Below, in pieces: positions 47,788-57,734 of a stretch of 64,000 nucleotides of DNA. The notes under the pieces are model-generated. The model was not told where the DNA came from and did not search any database. It saw only the letters and a program-made list of their open reading frames with translations. The translations under genes and the position numbers were made by a program. The stretch is taken from contig CAZXOE010000003.1 in NCBI GenBank assembly GCA_964642305.1, positions 33,685-97,684 on the forward strand, written 5' to 3'. Position 1 is the first letter of the stretch, and each line of letters opens with the position of its first letter. The DNA is from an uncultured Candidatus Saccharibacteria bacterium (GTDB taxonomy: Bacteria > Patescibacteriota > Minisyncoccia > Phycocordibacterales > UBA1550).

Positions 47788-48477
47788 TTACTTCACCAGC
47801 GCTAGAGTGAGTGCGACGATGGCTGCGGTTTCGGCGCGGAGGATTTGAGGGCCGGTGGAGACGACTGGGATGTTTCGCGCGCGAAAAAAATCCATCTCTG
47901 TATCGGTGAAACCTCCCTCGGGGCCAATGAAGAGTGCGACAGGAGCTGTTGTGTGCCTTGTGAAATACTCCCTCGCAGAAATTTCTCCACGCGGGTCAAA
48001 CACAATAACATCACTTGGAAGTTTCTCTACAGAAATAATCTCGCTTATTGTTGGCACTACCGCACGCCCCGATTGTTCTGATGCTTCACGCAAAATCTTT
48101 TTCGCGCGATCATAGTTTACTCCTTTTTTTTCACTGCGGTCGGCTTGCACTGGCACAATGTGCGACACTCCAAGCTCTGTGGCTTTCTCGAGCACCAGTT
48201 CAAAATTATCTTTCTTGATTAATGCAATATATAAAGTAACTTCACGCTCTAGCACGAGTCCTTTTTTTGTTTCGATAACCTTGAGTAGAGCATTTTTCTT
48301 TGAAAGTGAAACAAATTCACACAGCGACTCACTGCCATCACCGCTAAATAGAACTACATTACTTCCCTCTTCCATACGCAAAACATTTCTCCACTGGTTG
48401 AGTAATGTTTCATTCGTAACAGAAAACTCCCCTTCTTTAGGAATCTTCCCCTCTACAAAAAATCTATGTAACTTCAT
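47788..48477 (-). CDS. rsmE: 16S rRNA (uracil1498-N3)-methyltransferase RsmE
   Basis: PUA-like N-domain + SPOUT motifs (GPEGGF, LRAETA). Confidence 0.8.
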   Translation of the reverse strand: MKLHRFFVEGKIPKEGEFSVTNETLLNQWRNVLRMEEGSNVVLFSGDGSESLCEFVSLSKKNALLKVIETKKGLVLEREVTLYIALIKKDNFELVLEKATELGVSHIVPVQADRSEKKGVNYDRAKKILREASEQSGRAVVPTISEIISVEKLPSDVIVFDPRGEISAREYFTRHTTAPVALFIGPEGGFTDTEMDFFRARNIPVVSTGPQILRAETAAIVALTLALVK

Positions 48478-48479
48478 GA

Positions 48480-48758
48480 TTATTCAAATAAATATGAGTG
48501 AGTTCCAATGTCAACCATGACAAGTACAAGAATTCCTTTCTCCTTTCGATACAAAAGCAAAATATCATTTTGAATGTGGCACTCGCGAATTCCAGAATAC
48601 TTGCCTTTTAATTCATGATCTTTATACCTAATGTCGAGCTCTTCTCCTGCTTCAAGTAAATTTACTAATGCCTCAAGTTTCTCACGTTTAAAATCTTTAT
48701 GACGCAACATGCGATTAAAGGATTTCTGATACTGTGGAGACAAAAGAAGTTTGTACAT
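48480..48758 (-). CDS. yafQ: Type II toxin YafQ (RelE/ParE superfamily)
   Basis: …LKGKYSGIRECHIQNDILLLYR…GTHSYLFE matches YafQ consensus. Confidence 0.8.
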   Translation of the reverse strand: MYKLLLSPQYQKSFNRMLRHKDFKREKLEALVNLLEAGEELDIRYKDHELKGKYSGIRECHIQNDILLLYRKEKGILVLVMVDIGTHSYLFE

Positions 48759-48767
48759 ATTTGAAAT

Positions 48768-49055
48768 TTACTCTCCCAAAATATCACGGTGAGCTTCTTG
48801 TATGCTGTCGTAAGCCTTGATCTTCCCACTTTTATAATCTTTAAGAGTTTTTTCTGCAATACGCACAAGTTCTTGTTTTTTCTCTTCTGGCCAATAGTCT
48901 GCGCTCATCACTGGAAAGGGAATTGATTTTGTGTTCACCACCTGCGCAAGAAAAAGCTTCATCCCAGTCGACATGTCCAGCCCCATAGACTTAAAGATTT
49001 TACTTGCATCACTTTTCATCTTTCTATCCACTCGAATTTGTAATGTTGTATTCAT
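48768..49055 (-). CDS. dinJ: Antitoxin DinJ (RelB family)
   Basis: IRVD…KSMGLDMSTGMKLFLAQVV…IPF DinJ pattern; immediately upstream of yafQ. Confidence 0.75.
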   Translation of the reverse strand: MNTTLQIRVDRKMKSDASKIFKSMGLDMSTGMKLFLAQVVNTKSIPFPVMSADYWPEEKKQELVRIAEKTLKDYKSGKIKAYDSIQEAHRDILGE

Positions 49056-49173
49056 CCCGTTAGAGGTAGGAAATGCTTTCCCAAAGCATTTCCGTAATTA
49101 TTTTATGGCTGATAAAAACTTCGACGCATCACTTTGTAAAACCCGCGAGGCAAAAACATAACTATGTGACCTC
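49050..49173. repeat. Inverted repeat (ccgttagaggt / acctctaacgg) bracketing ~100 nt with inner palindrome ggaaatgcttt-ccc-aaagcatttcc, upstream of dinJ
   Basis: Long-range inverted repeat; candidate operator region. Confidence 0.45.
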
Positions 49174-49239
49174 TAACGGGATTCATCCACAAAGTATACA
49201 CCTATAAAATCCGCTGTCAATACATTGTCATTACAAATA

Positions 49240-49270
49240 AAACGCCCCGCAAGAATCTGCGGGGCGGTGA
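49240..49270 (-). terminator. Terminator hairpin after secreted repeat-protein gene
   Basis: cgccccgcaagaatctgcggggcg. Confidence 0.7.
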
Positions 49271-49292
49271 CAAACACTCGTCAAGAAAAGAG

Positions 49293-49955
49293 CTACGCGT
49301 ACATAAAGTAAGCGGTGGCGAACATACACAAATAAAACATAACGCTTGAAGACCAGTAAACCTTCTTGTTATTGCTTTCGGCGGTGACGAAGGCGAGGGC
49401 GGCGAAGGCGGAGGCGGCGAAGGCGAAGGCGACGGAGGTGGCGGAGATGGAGGCGGAGGCGAAGGCGAAGGCGGAGGCGAAGGCGAAGGAGGCGAAGGCG
49501 GCGATGGCGAAGGCGGCACCTTTATTGTATTCCTTTATGAAAAAGAAACGATTTGACACCGCCAGTGCAATCACCCCAACCAACCAAAAGAAGAAGTATG
49601 GATTGAACGACTCTTCTTCCGTGGCTATTTTATCTTCCACGACATCCACCGTACGAGTTGCTTTGTTGTATACGACCGCCATTTCTGTTGTTGTGGTGGT
49701 CCTCTGTGTAATTAGCCCGACCATACTCCGAGAAACACTAGGATTGCCGACGGCAACAGGTTTCTCGGTTTTGATTGCTTCCTCCCACGCATTCCCGTAA
49801 GCTTTCGCTTCAGGCATTACGGTGATGTCCATCTGTGTTGCATTTACAGCAGGCTCCACAAGACGCAGAGACCCATCGCTCAATTTCTCCACATTTCCCG
49901 CTTGTGCGGAAACTGAAAAAAACATCACTAATACTGCCAGAATGAATTTCTTCAT
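49293..49955 (-). CDS. Secreted/membrane protein whose C-terminal half is encoded by a GC-rich hexanucleotide tandem repeat
   Basis: Signal peptide [19 protein letters not shown]; (AFAFAS)n region from (GGCGAA/GGCGGA)n repeat at ~49375-49520. Confidence 0.5.
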   Translation of the reverse strand: MKKFILAVLVMFFSVSAQAGNVEKLSDGSLRLVEPAVNATQMDITVMPEAKAYGNAWEEAIKTEKPVAVGNPSVSRSMVGLITQRTTTTTEMAVVYNKATRTVDVVEDKIATEEESFNPYFFFWLVGVIALAVSNRFFFIKEYNKGAAFAIAAFASFAFASAFAFASASISATSVAFAFAASAFAALAFVTAESNNKKVYWSSSVMFYLCMFATAYFMYA

Positions 49956-49978
49956 TATCTTTCCCCTTTTCTCTATGT

Positions 49979-50686
49979 TTGATTGTCAAAAAACCCAAAA
50001 TGGGTATTACAAAGACTATTACAAGTATAGCAAATTATATGAGTCTTGTCAATAGTTGCGCTGTGTATGCGTTGTGCTATATTTTCCATATGTCCTACTT
50101 AATCCCCACTGTTATTGAGAAGTCGCCTCAGGGCGAGCGAGCGTACGATATTTACTCACGCCTACTTAAGGAGCGCATTGTTTTTCTTACTGGCACAATT
50201 GATGACGACAGCGCAAATATCGCCATTGCCCAGCTTCTCTTTCTAGAGTCTGAAGACCCAAAAAAGGATGTCTGTTTGTATATCAACTCCCCTGGTGGCT
50301 CAGTGTCCGCAGGAATGGCGCTCTACGACACTATGCAACACGTAAAGCCAGATGTTTCCACTATTTGTGTTGGGATGGCCGCATCAATGGGTGCGGTACT
50401 CCTCTCTGCTGGGGCAAAAGGTAAGCGCTTTATTCTTCCAAACGCAGAAGTGATGATTCACCAGCCACTTGGAGGCACGGAGGGGCAAGCGTCAGACATT
50501 GCAATCACCGCAAAGCATATTTTGAAAATAAAAGAGAATTTAAACAAAATACTCTCAAAAAATACAGGGAAGCCTCTCTCGCAAGTGGAAAAAGACACCG
50601 ACCGCGACTTCTTTATGTCTGCCGAGGACGCAAAAAAATACGGACTTGTGGATGAGATATATAAGCCAAAGAATCCTAGAGGTTAG
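49979..50686 (+). CDS. clpP: ATP-dependent Clp protease proteolytic subunit (true start likely M at ~50088, [12 protein letters not shown])
   Basis: Catalytic-triad context [16 protein letters not shown]; [18 protein letters not shown]. Confidence 0.9.
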   Translation: MIVKKPKMGITKTITSIANYMSLVNSCAVYALCYIFHMSYLIPTVIEKSPQGERAYDIYSRLLKERIVFLTGTIDDDSANIAIAQLLFLESEDPKKDVCLYINSPGGSVSAGMALYDTMQHVKPDVSTICVGMAASMGAVLLSAGAKGKRFILPNAEVMIHQPLGGTEGQASDIAITAKHILKIKENLNKILSKNTGKPLSQVEKDTDRDFFMSAEDAKKYGLVDEIYKPKNPRG

Positions 50687-50879
50687 TTGTCGAGTCAAAA
50701 GAAAAAACCTGACCAAATGGTCAGGTTTTTTCTTTTGACTCGACAACACAGGAAAAGCGGAGTAGTATGAAAGTGTTCTTACATTAAATTTAAATTGACA
50801 CTTTTATCAGGAGAGATAGCGCTCAGCGACCCGAAGAAACAGAAAAACTCATATTTTTCGAGGGTTTCTGAGATAACTT

Positions 50880-52412
50880 ATGGACATTAATATTGCACTC
50901 ACGCTGGGAGGCGTGATGGCAATTCTGGTCGGTGCGGCAATTGGATACCTTTTGCGTTGGTTTGTTGCAATGAGCAAAAAAGGGTCTATTGAGCTTGAAG
51001 TAAAACAAGTTCTTCTTTCTGCAAAGGAGGAAGCGCAAAAAATTATTGAGGAGGCTGACCGGAGAGCCGAAATATACGGGCAAGAGCTTCACGAGGAAGA
51101 ACGCGAGCAAAGCGAGCGCTTCAAAAAAATAGAAGAGAGACTCATTAAAAAAGAGGAATTTCTGGACAAAAGACAGACAGACATAGACAGCGAAGTTGCT
51201 CACATCAAAGAAAAAGCTGATGAACTGCGGGTTATTCGCGAAAAAACTAACAAGGAAAACGAATTTGTTCACAAGGAGCTGGAACGTGTCGCTCGTCTAA
51301 ATACCGATGACGCAAAGGAAGAACTCGTCAAAAGAGTTGAAAAGACATACGAAGAAGATCTTTTGTTGCGTATCAAGAAACTTGAGGCAGATGGAGAGGA
51401 ACGACTCGCTCTAAAAGCGAGAAATATTCTAGCTACTTCTATTCAGCGCCTAGCAACTTCTACGGCCGCAGAGATGATGGCGACATCAGTACCTATTGCG
51501 TCTGACGAAATAAAAGGAAAAATCATTGGAAAAGAGGGCAGAAACATTCGAGCTTTTGAGAGAGCCGCGGGGGTGGAGGTTATAGTTGACGACACGCCGG
51601 GCTCTATTCTCATTTCCTCATTTGACCCTATTCGTCGTCAAATCGCCCGCGTTGCACTAGAATCCCTTATAGAAGACGGGCGTATTCAGCCTGCAAAAAT
51701 AGAAGAAGCGGTTGAAAAAGCTCGGGAGGGTGTTAACAAAATTACAAAAGAAAAGGGTGAACGTGCTGCGTATGAGTGCGGAGTTTATAATCTAGATCCG
51801 CGCATAATTGCCATACTTGGACGACTTCATTATCGCACAAGTTACGGGCAAAACGTGCTTCAACATTCAATAGAAATGTCTCACATTGCTGGGATGATTG
51901 CCGAAGAAATAGGCGGGAATGTAGCCGTCTCAAAGGCTGGGGCCCTTCTGCACGACATCGGGAAGGCAGTAGACCACGAGGTGCAAGGCACACATGTGGA
52001 AATCGGTCGTAAAATACTCCAGAAGTTTAATGTTGATCCGCGAATTATTCAGGCAATGCAGTCTCATCACGAGGAATACCCGTATGAGACATTAGAGTCT
52101 ATTATTGTGCAAACTGCGGACTCTATTTCAGGTGGTCGCCCAGGAGCGCGCAGGGATTCTGCCGAAAACTACATAAAACGCCTAGAGGATCTAGAGGGGA
52201 TCGCAAAATCTTTCCCAGTTGTGGATAAAACCTATGCAATACAAGCTGGAAGGGAGCTTCGCGTGTTTGTAAGGCCAGAAGAAATCAGTGATCTTGACGC
52301 GAGAAAGCTCGCTCGCGACATAGCAATTCGCGTAGAAAAGGAACTCAAGTACCCTGGTGAAATAAAAGTGGCGGTGATTCGCGAATCGCGCGCGATTGAA
52401 TACGCAAGATAG
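50880..52412 (+). CDS. rny: Ribonuclease Y
   Basis: N-terminal TM, coiled coil, KH domain, HD domain (LLHDIGK). Confidence 0.9.
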   Translation: MDINIALTLGGVMAILVGAAIGYLLRWFVAMSKKGSIELEVKQVLLSAKEEAQKIIEEADRRAEIYGQELHEEEREQSERFKKIEERLIKKEEFLDKRQTDIDSEVAHIKEKADELRVIREKTNKENEFVHKELERVARLNTDDAKEELVKRVEKTYEEDLLLRIKKLEADGEERLALKARNILATSIQRLATSTAAEMMATSVPIASDEIKGKIIGKEGRNIRAFERAAGVEVIVDDTPGSILISSFDPIRRQIARVALESLIEDGRIQPAKIEEAVEKAREGVNKITKEKGERAAYECGVYNLDPRIIAILGRLHYRTSYGQNVLQHSIEMSHIAGMIAEEIGGNVAVSKAGALLHDIGKAVDHEVQGTHVEIGRKILQKFNVDPRIIQAMQSHHEEYPYETLESIIVQTADSISGGRPGARRDSAENYIKRLEDLEGIAKSFPVVDKTYAIQAGRELRVFVRPEEISDLDARKLARDIAIRVEKELKYPGEIKVAVIRESRAIEYAR

Positions 52413-52703
52413 ACACTTTGCGACTAAAATTAAAGAATGTTTTTTTGATTTTGGCAATCTTCACAGAAGTCCTTGTATCTATTGCTTAAAAAAACATAGG
52501 GGGGTATACTATTTGACAAGGAGGTCTGACCCGCGTCGAAGTGGGGCAACTCCCCTTTCATAAAACTATGAAAGGTAAGTCGCTGGCTAAAACAATTTAT
52601 GCAAAGGAATTGTTCGCCCGAACATTTTCTAGAAGAAAATGTTTTAGGGTAAGAAACTCGTTTTAGTATTAAAAGGTTAATAATCGTTAATATAATTATA
52701 ATT

Positions 52704-52976
52704 ATGAATAAAGCAGCTATCGCAGAAATCATTCACGAAAAAATGGGTGGAACAAAGGTATCAGCAGAGGAGACACTTGATGCAATTCTTTCAGGGATTA
52801 TAAATACTCTTAAGAAAGGTGACGAGGTTTCAATCGCAGGACTTGGTATCTTTTCAACAAAGGCGCGCGCAGCACGCACAGCACGCAACCCAAAGACTGG
52901 TGAGGCTATTCAGGTGAAAGCAACAACAGTTCCAAAGTTCCGCGCAGCAAAGGCGCTCAAGGATGCGGTGAAGTAA
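52704..52976 (+). CDS. hup: DNA-binding protein HU
   Basis: HU/IHF signature (GLGIFSTKARAARTARNPKTGE). Confidence 0.9.
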   Translation: MNKAAIAEIIHEKMGGTKVSAEETLDAILSGIINTLKKGDEVSIAGLGIFSTKARAARTARNPKTGEAIQVKATTVPKFRAAKALKDAVK

Positions 52977-52991
52977 TTTACTAAAGTTCTT

Positions 52992-53032
52992 AAATCAAAA
53001 GGCCGTCACTCAAAGTGACGGCCTTTTGATTT
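52992..53032 (+). terminator. Rho-independent terminator after hup
   Basis: aaatcaaaaggccgtcac tcaaa gtgacggccttttgattt. Confidence 0.8.
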
Positions 53033-53235
53033 GGTGCGGGTACGGCTCTCGGTCACGGATTACTAAATGTTCTCGCGCGAGTACGCACTGCGAGCATTAA
53101 GTATCCGCTACCCCGCCTCACTGTTGCTTCGCAACATGTTCCGGCTTTCGATTCTCCACGCAAGACGCGCAGGCGTCTTGCTGTACCCGCACCATGCAAA
53201 AATCCTCCAACCAAAATGGTGGAGGATTTTTGCAT
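53032..53235 (-). repeat. tRNA-3'-flank element downstream of tRNA-Gly(UCC)
   Basis: Hairpin 53191-53238 includes the CCA; antisense copy (gtacccgcacca 53182-53193) then hairpin (53160-53181) then antisense T-arm-like ccggctttcgattctcc; spacer; direct repeat tggtgcgggtacgg at 53032-53045 and 53236-53249. Confidence 0.6.
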
Positions 53236-53308
53236 GGTGCGGGTACGGAGAATCGAACTCCGATCAAAGGATTGGAAATCCCTTATTCTACCACTAAACT
53301 ATACCCGC
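53236..53308 (-). tRNA. tRNA-Gly (anticodon UCC), CCA encoded
   Basis: rc folds as cloverleaf: acceptor GCGGGTA/TACCCGC, anticodon loop UUUCCAA, T-arm cggagTTCGATTctccg. Confidence 0.75.
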
Positions 53309-53440
53309 TTATTTTTGAAAACCTAGCAAGACAATAGCAAAAAAGGACTAATTTCGCAATGTTAATTGCGAAACCCGCCCGCTCGTTTTCATCTACCCCT
53401 AAACCGCCTTCGGCGGTCGGGCGAACCTGCGAAGCAGGTT

Positions 53441-54316
53441 TTAGCCCACAATCCCCCTTACCTTCGTCACAATCTCATCAAGCGTGAAGTTTGCCTTAAC
53501 CATAAAATCTTTTGCGCCAAGGGCCATCGCTTTATCTAAATCTTCTTTTTGTCCTAGATTGGAGAGAATTACAACTGGCACATCTGCAATCTTTGGGTCA
53601 GCCTTTATTCTTTTTAGAATCTCAAAACCATCAACACCTGGCAAAATAAGATCGCACAAAATTACCCTTGGCTTCCTTTCTTCCAAAATAGTAAAAGCAG
53701 CCTCTGCGTCAATTGCGTTCTGTACATCAAATCCCTCACTTGAAAGCTTTCTTACCAGAAGTTCACGCAAAAACTTATCATCCTCTATAACAAGGACAAA
53801 CGCTTTGCCTAGAGCTGTGGCATTTGCAACACTTGCCGCAGCCTGAGCCACTGTTGGTTTTTCCTCTGGATGTTCTGCGGCTCCTGCACCCGTTACATTT
53901 TGAGTACGCACTCCCCACTCGCCTTGTGGAGCCATTGTGCCGCCAGCGAGCACCTTCTTCACCTTTTCAAGTACTTCATTTGGATCAAAGACCGCCTTTA
54001 TCAAAAACTCACGCGCTCCAAGCTCTTGCGCGCGCTGTATCTCTACAGGCTGACCAGAGTTTGAAATAATAATAACTGGGATATCAGTAAGATTAGGATC
54101 AGCGTGAAGGTCCTCCAGTACTTCTATACCACTCTTGCGTGGCATTAATATGTCCAATAGTATGCAATCTGGCCTTACGGCATGAATCTTTTCCATAGCA
54201 ACTATTCCATCTTGCGCCGTGTCTACATCGTAGCCACTCTTTTGTAGCTTTTCAGCAAGGACGTCACGAAGAACCGCATCATCCTCAACAATAATAATTC
54301 TCTTTTTCTCTTCCAT
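53441..54316 (-). CDS. Response regulator with two tandem receiver domains and no output domain
   Basis: Two REC domains (IIIVEDD…ILLDILMP…; VLVIEDDKFL…ILCDLILPG…) with Ala/Gln-rich linker. Confidence 0.8.
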   Translation of the reverse strand: MEEKKRIIIVEDDAVLRDVLAEKLQKSGYDVDTAQDGIVAMEKIHAVRPDCILLDILMPRKSGIEVLEDLHADPNLTDIPVIIISNSGQPVEIQRAQELGAREFLIKAVFDPNEVLEKVKKVLAGGTMAPQGEWGVRTQNVTGAGAAEHPEEKPTVAQAAASVANATALGKAFVLVIEDDKFLRELLVRKLSSEGFDVQNAIDAEAAFTILEERKPRVILCDLILPGVDGFEILKRIKADPKIADVPVVILSNLGQKEDLDKAMALGAKDFMVKANFTLDEIVTKVRGIVG

Positions 54317-54354
54317 AATAATGATGTTAGTATATTACAAATTCTACAAAACTG

Positions 54355-56280
54355 CTAGGGTAAAACCGGTTCGCCAGTCGAATCGCCTGGTTGAGTTACT
54401 GTGGTAGACATCTGTGTCACCACCTCATCCTTTGGTATTAGCCCTTCTACTACTGGCACAACGACTGTAAATGTTGTACCCTTACCCTCCACAGAATCAA
54501 CCCAGATCTGTCCTCCATGTCGCATTATAATACTCTTTACAATAAAGAGACCTAACCCTGACCCATCTGTCTGCAAATGAATCACATTTGCCGCGCGGAA
54601 GAACTTTGAGAAAAGTTTTGGTATGTCTGCTTTTGGAATGCCGACACCAGTGTCGGAAACTTTTACTTCTATATAGTCCCCTTGTCTCTCTATAACAATA
54701 GTAACCCTCCCGCCAGGAAGCGTGTACTTCATAGCATTGTCAACAATATTTTGAAGCGCGATGAGAAGTTTTTCTGGATCAAACATGAATTCGGGTATTA
54801 CGCCAGCGCGATTTTCAAGACGTACTTCAATATTGCGCTCTTTTGATGGCAACACAGTGTTCTCTATAAGAGTGTTGATTAACTTCATAAAATCATTCTT
54901 TGTGAAATTGTAACCGAACCTTCCGTTCTCTATGCGCGAAACATTAAGAAGGTCATTCACAAGTTGAATCATTTTTTCATTTGTTTCATACCCGCGTTTA
55001 AGCATACCCTTTTGATCATCATTGGTAGCACCTAGGTCACCATCAAGAAGAAGTTTGAGCACCCACTTAACACCAGATAGCGGCGTGCGAAGCTGATGCG
55101 CTGCGACAGAAATGAAATCTGACTTTAATTTATCCAATTCACGCAGGTTTTGTACCATAGAATTAAACACGTCTCCAAACTGCCCAATTTCATCATCAGA
55201 GGTGTGTTCTACTGTTTGACTCAAATCACCGTCGGCAATCTTACGCGCAATTTTAGAATAGTTGGTAATTGGTACCACAACTTCTCTGCGCAAAATAACT
55301 GCGAGTACAATAACCAACACAGCAGTAAGCACAATTCCAACTCCCACCATACGCAGAACAAGCGAATTAACCCTATCTTTATATGATGAAGAAAGTATAT
55401 GAACCTCCAAAAGACCGATGGTCTCCACACCATTATCAGTATTTATTTTAATAGGCACCACGTGCACTGTGTCGCTAGAACCTCGGTGAACACGGTCATA
55501 CCTCACTTCCTCTTTCCCCGACAAAACATCTTCTCGGGCGCGTCTATGATCTTCATAAGCTCCACTCATAAATTCATCTTTTTGACTGCCTGTGCTTGCT
55601 ATTACGTTAAGCAGATTATCAAATACAATAAGGTCGTGGAAATAATTAAACTTTGTGACGTCATCGGTGATTTTCTGGATAGCCTTAATGTCACCGTTTT
55701 TAGTCGCCACAATAGAGCGCGCGCTTTGTTCTATGCTTACTGAGATTGCGTTAAGAAGCTTTTGCGCGCTAAGAATATCAGCCGCGCCCTTTGTCTTTGT
55801 AATAACCTCAACTTCGATGACATCGATAATATCCGCGGACTCGTCATCACTTGCGCGTACAGGTATACGGCTCTCAAATTCAAAATAGGAACCCTCGTCA
55901 TTTTTCACATTCAAAGCCCTCCCATCAGCTTTTATTTGAGCAATATAACGCGCATCAATATCTGAGACCTTTTGTCCTATTAAATTGTGATTAGTAGTCG
56001 CAATATAGTAGCCATCAACACTCGCGACATCAATATATTTTACACCCTCAATCTTTGAGAGTTTGTCTACAATTATCTGAAGCTTGCTCTCCTCAGCGTG
56101 TATCTGCTCAAACATGCGAGCGATATTATCATAAAGAATTTCTTCAATTGTTTTTGAATCAGCGCTCACTTGCTTTTGTATGTTTGAGCTTTCAATCTTT
56201 ATAATAAACAAAAAAGCTACTGTAAAAACAATTACTGACACTGTAACCAGAAGAAGATTTATTTTTGTCCCAAGTCTCAT
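54355..56280 (-). CDS. Sensor histidine kinase (N-terminal TM + extracellular sensor, HAMP, HisKA, HATPase_c)
   Basis: H-box FISVAAHQLRTPL, N/G1/G2 boxes (DNAMKYT, DTGVGI, GSGLGL). Confidence 0.85.
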   Translation of the reverse strand: MRLGTKINLLLVTVSVIVFTVAFLFIIKIESSNIQKQVSADSKTIEEILYDNIARMFEQIHAEESKLQIIVDKLSKIEGVKYIDVASVDGYYIATTNHNLIGQKVSDIDARYIAQIKADGRALNVKNDEGSYFEFESRIPVRASDDESADIIDVIEVEVITKTKGAADILSAQKLLNAISVSIEQSARSIVATKNGDIKAIQKITDDVTKFNYFHDLIVFDNLLNVIASTGSQKDEFMSGAYEDHRRAREDVLSGKEEVRYDRVHRGSSDTVHVVPIKINTDNGVETIGLLEVHILSSSYKDRVNSLVLRMVGVGIVLTAVLVIVLAVILRREVVVPITNYSKIARKIADGDLSQTVEHTSDDEIGQFGDVFNSMVQNLRELDKLKSDFISVAAHQLRTPLSGVKWVLKLLLDGDLGATNDDQKGMLKRGYETNEKMIQLVNDLLNVSRIENGRFGYNFTKNDFMKLINTLIENTVLPSKERNIEVRLENRAGVIPEFMFDPEKLLIALQNIVDNAMKYTLPGGRVTIVIERQGDYIEVKVSDTGVGIPKADIPKLFSKFFRAANVIHLQTDGSGLGLFIVKSIIMRHGGQIWVDSVEGKGTTFTVVVPVVEGLIPKDEVVTQMSTTVTQPGDSTGEPVLP

Positions 56281-56378
56281 ATTTATGTTATCTAAAGTAT
56301 ATCATAACTTCTTTACAATATTGTGAATTTTTTATAACAAAAAACTAACCTATGTCTCTCGACCAAACAACCTAGTCA

Positions 56379-57518
56379 CTATTGCGTAGGCACGGAGCGC
56401 ATATCATTGTCATCATTTGCGAGACATCTAGACCTCAAATAAAGTCCTGCAAGAAAATACAGCACAAACACAAATATTACCCCAAATGAGAACAAATAAA
56501 TATTTCTTTCTATTTTGAGCGCGCTTACGCGATCTTGCAATAGATTGCCGAGGGAAGCAGTAGCAGTGTCGTTAAACATAAATACATTATCAAGCAATCT
56601 TGTTATAGTTGTGTAGTATTCAAGTCTTTCTATTGTATTCGTTTCAGCGTTAACGAATCTCTTATCTACAATTTCTGAAAATAAGCCCACTTTGCTGGAT
56701 ACATCTTCAAGAGGCGCCTCGAGTTGCTCTCGCAATCGCATATTTCCTTTAAATGCAGTCTGCATTCCACGCTGGATTTCATTCATATTTGCGTTGGCAA
56801 TAATAGAAGTTGAAAGAAAAACTTGCCTATCACTTTGTGAAATAATTTTATTCCTCTGCATTGTCAGGCCAGCAACACGCGCTTGCCCCATATTTTCGCT
56901 AATCACGGGTATGCGATTAACGATCGTGTCAACGAGATGCAGACTATCAGTATGAGCATCAATGGTAAGTCTTGACGTGTCCTTTATCTGAGCAAGGAGA
57001 AGAAGTATGTCTTGAATAAGATGTGTATGTTTTTCAAAACTTAGCTCCACTGTAAGAGAGCGGTCGTCTACCATGCGCTCAAGTTCTAACCATTCATTCT
57101 TGACATCATTAACATACGCAAGCTCGAATCCTGTTTTAAACCTAATTTCAAATTCGGCCGCAACACGTTCCAAATTAGAAAAATCTCCATTTATCTCACT
57201 ACGCTTATACGCAAGTTCTTTTTCTAAATTCTTGTATCCGCTCAAGTATGCTCCTGTAAGACCTCTGTGTTGTTGCAGGTCTTCAAGAAGGCGTTGAGTA
57301 GTGCTTATATACCGAAGCCCGGCCTGTTCAGAATACGTTGTGGCAATATTTCTGTTAATATCCGAAACGATCAAAAACAACCACACAGAAAAAGAAAGTG
57401 TAAAAAGAAAACCCACAACTAGAAAACCTTGTAGTAAGCTAAGCTTGCTTATCAAAAAAACAGCTGGATCAAATATTTTTCTAAAATTTGAAAGGTTCAT
57501 GTATACCAGTATACACAA
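56379..57518 (-). CDS. NIT-domain (nitrate/nitrite-sensing-like) membrane protein without kinase domain
   Basis: Two TM flanking a domain with LQQHRGLTGAYLSG, resembling the NIT sensor signature. Confidence 0.45.
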   Translation of the reverse strand: MCILVYMNLSNFRKIFDPAVFLISKLSLLQGFLVVGFLFTLSFSVWLFLIVSDINRNIATTYSEQAGLRYISTTQRLLEDLQQHRGLTGAYLSGYKNLEKELAYKRSEINGDFSNLERVAAEFEIRFKTGFELAYVNDVKNEWLELERMVDDRSLTVELSFEKHTHLIQDILLLLAQIKDTSRLTIDAHTDSLHLVDTIVNRIPVISENMGQARVAGLTMQRNKIISQSDRQVFLSTSIIANANMNEIQRGMQTAFKGNMRLREQLEAPLEDVSSKVGLFSEIVDKRFVNAETNTIERLEYYTTITRLLDNVFMFNDTATASLGNLLQDRVSALKIERNIYLFSFGVIFVFVLYFLAGLYLRSRCLANDDNDMRSVPTQ

Positions 57519-57606
57519 AAGAAACGAGGTGTAACAACACTGCTAATTAATCTCTTTTATGGAGATTTCCGCAGAAGTGTTTAGGCACTTCTGGTTAAGG
57601 CTTTAG

Positions 57607-57677
57607 TCGGGGTGCCGAGAATCGAACTCGGCCTATCTGCTCCCAAAGCAGACGTACTACCGATATACTACACCCCG
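57607..57677 (-). tRNA. tRNA-Pro (anticodon UGG), no encoded CCA; leader and trailer extend the acceptor stem
   Basis: rc: acceptor CGGGGTG/CACCCCG, D-stem GTAT/GTAC, anticodon loop UUUGGGA, T-arm ccgagTTCGATTctcgg; flanks gctttagt/actaaagc pair. Confidence 0.7.
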
Positions 57678-57734
57678 ACTAAAGCTTCAACTATATGGAC
57701 GAAATCATAGCACAGATACCAATATTTGCGAATA

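Noticed and set aside
49217-49519. 100-aa ORF reading the GC-rich repeat as (PPSPSP)n
   Set aside because: It is an alternative frame of the same hexamer repeat. The frame continuous with a signal-peptide N-terminus (49293-49955) is preferred.
50823-51272. 149-aa minus-strand ORF upstream of or overlapping rny
   Set aside because: It overlaps the rny start and TM region and has low-complexity hydrophobic translation. It is likely spurious.
53053-53297. Small ORFs 53053-53235 (-) and 53067-53297 (+)
   Set aside because: They overlap tRNA-Gly(UCC) and its structured flank. They are non-coding.
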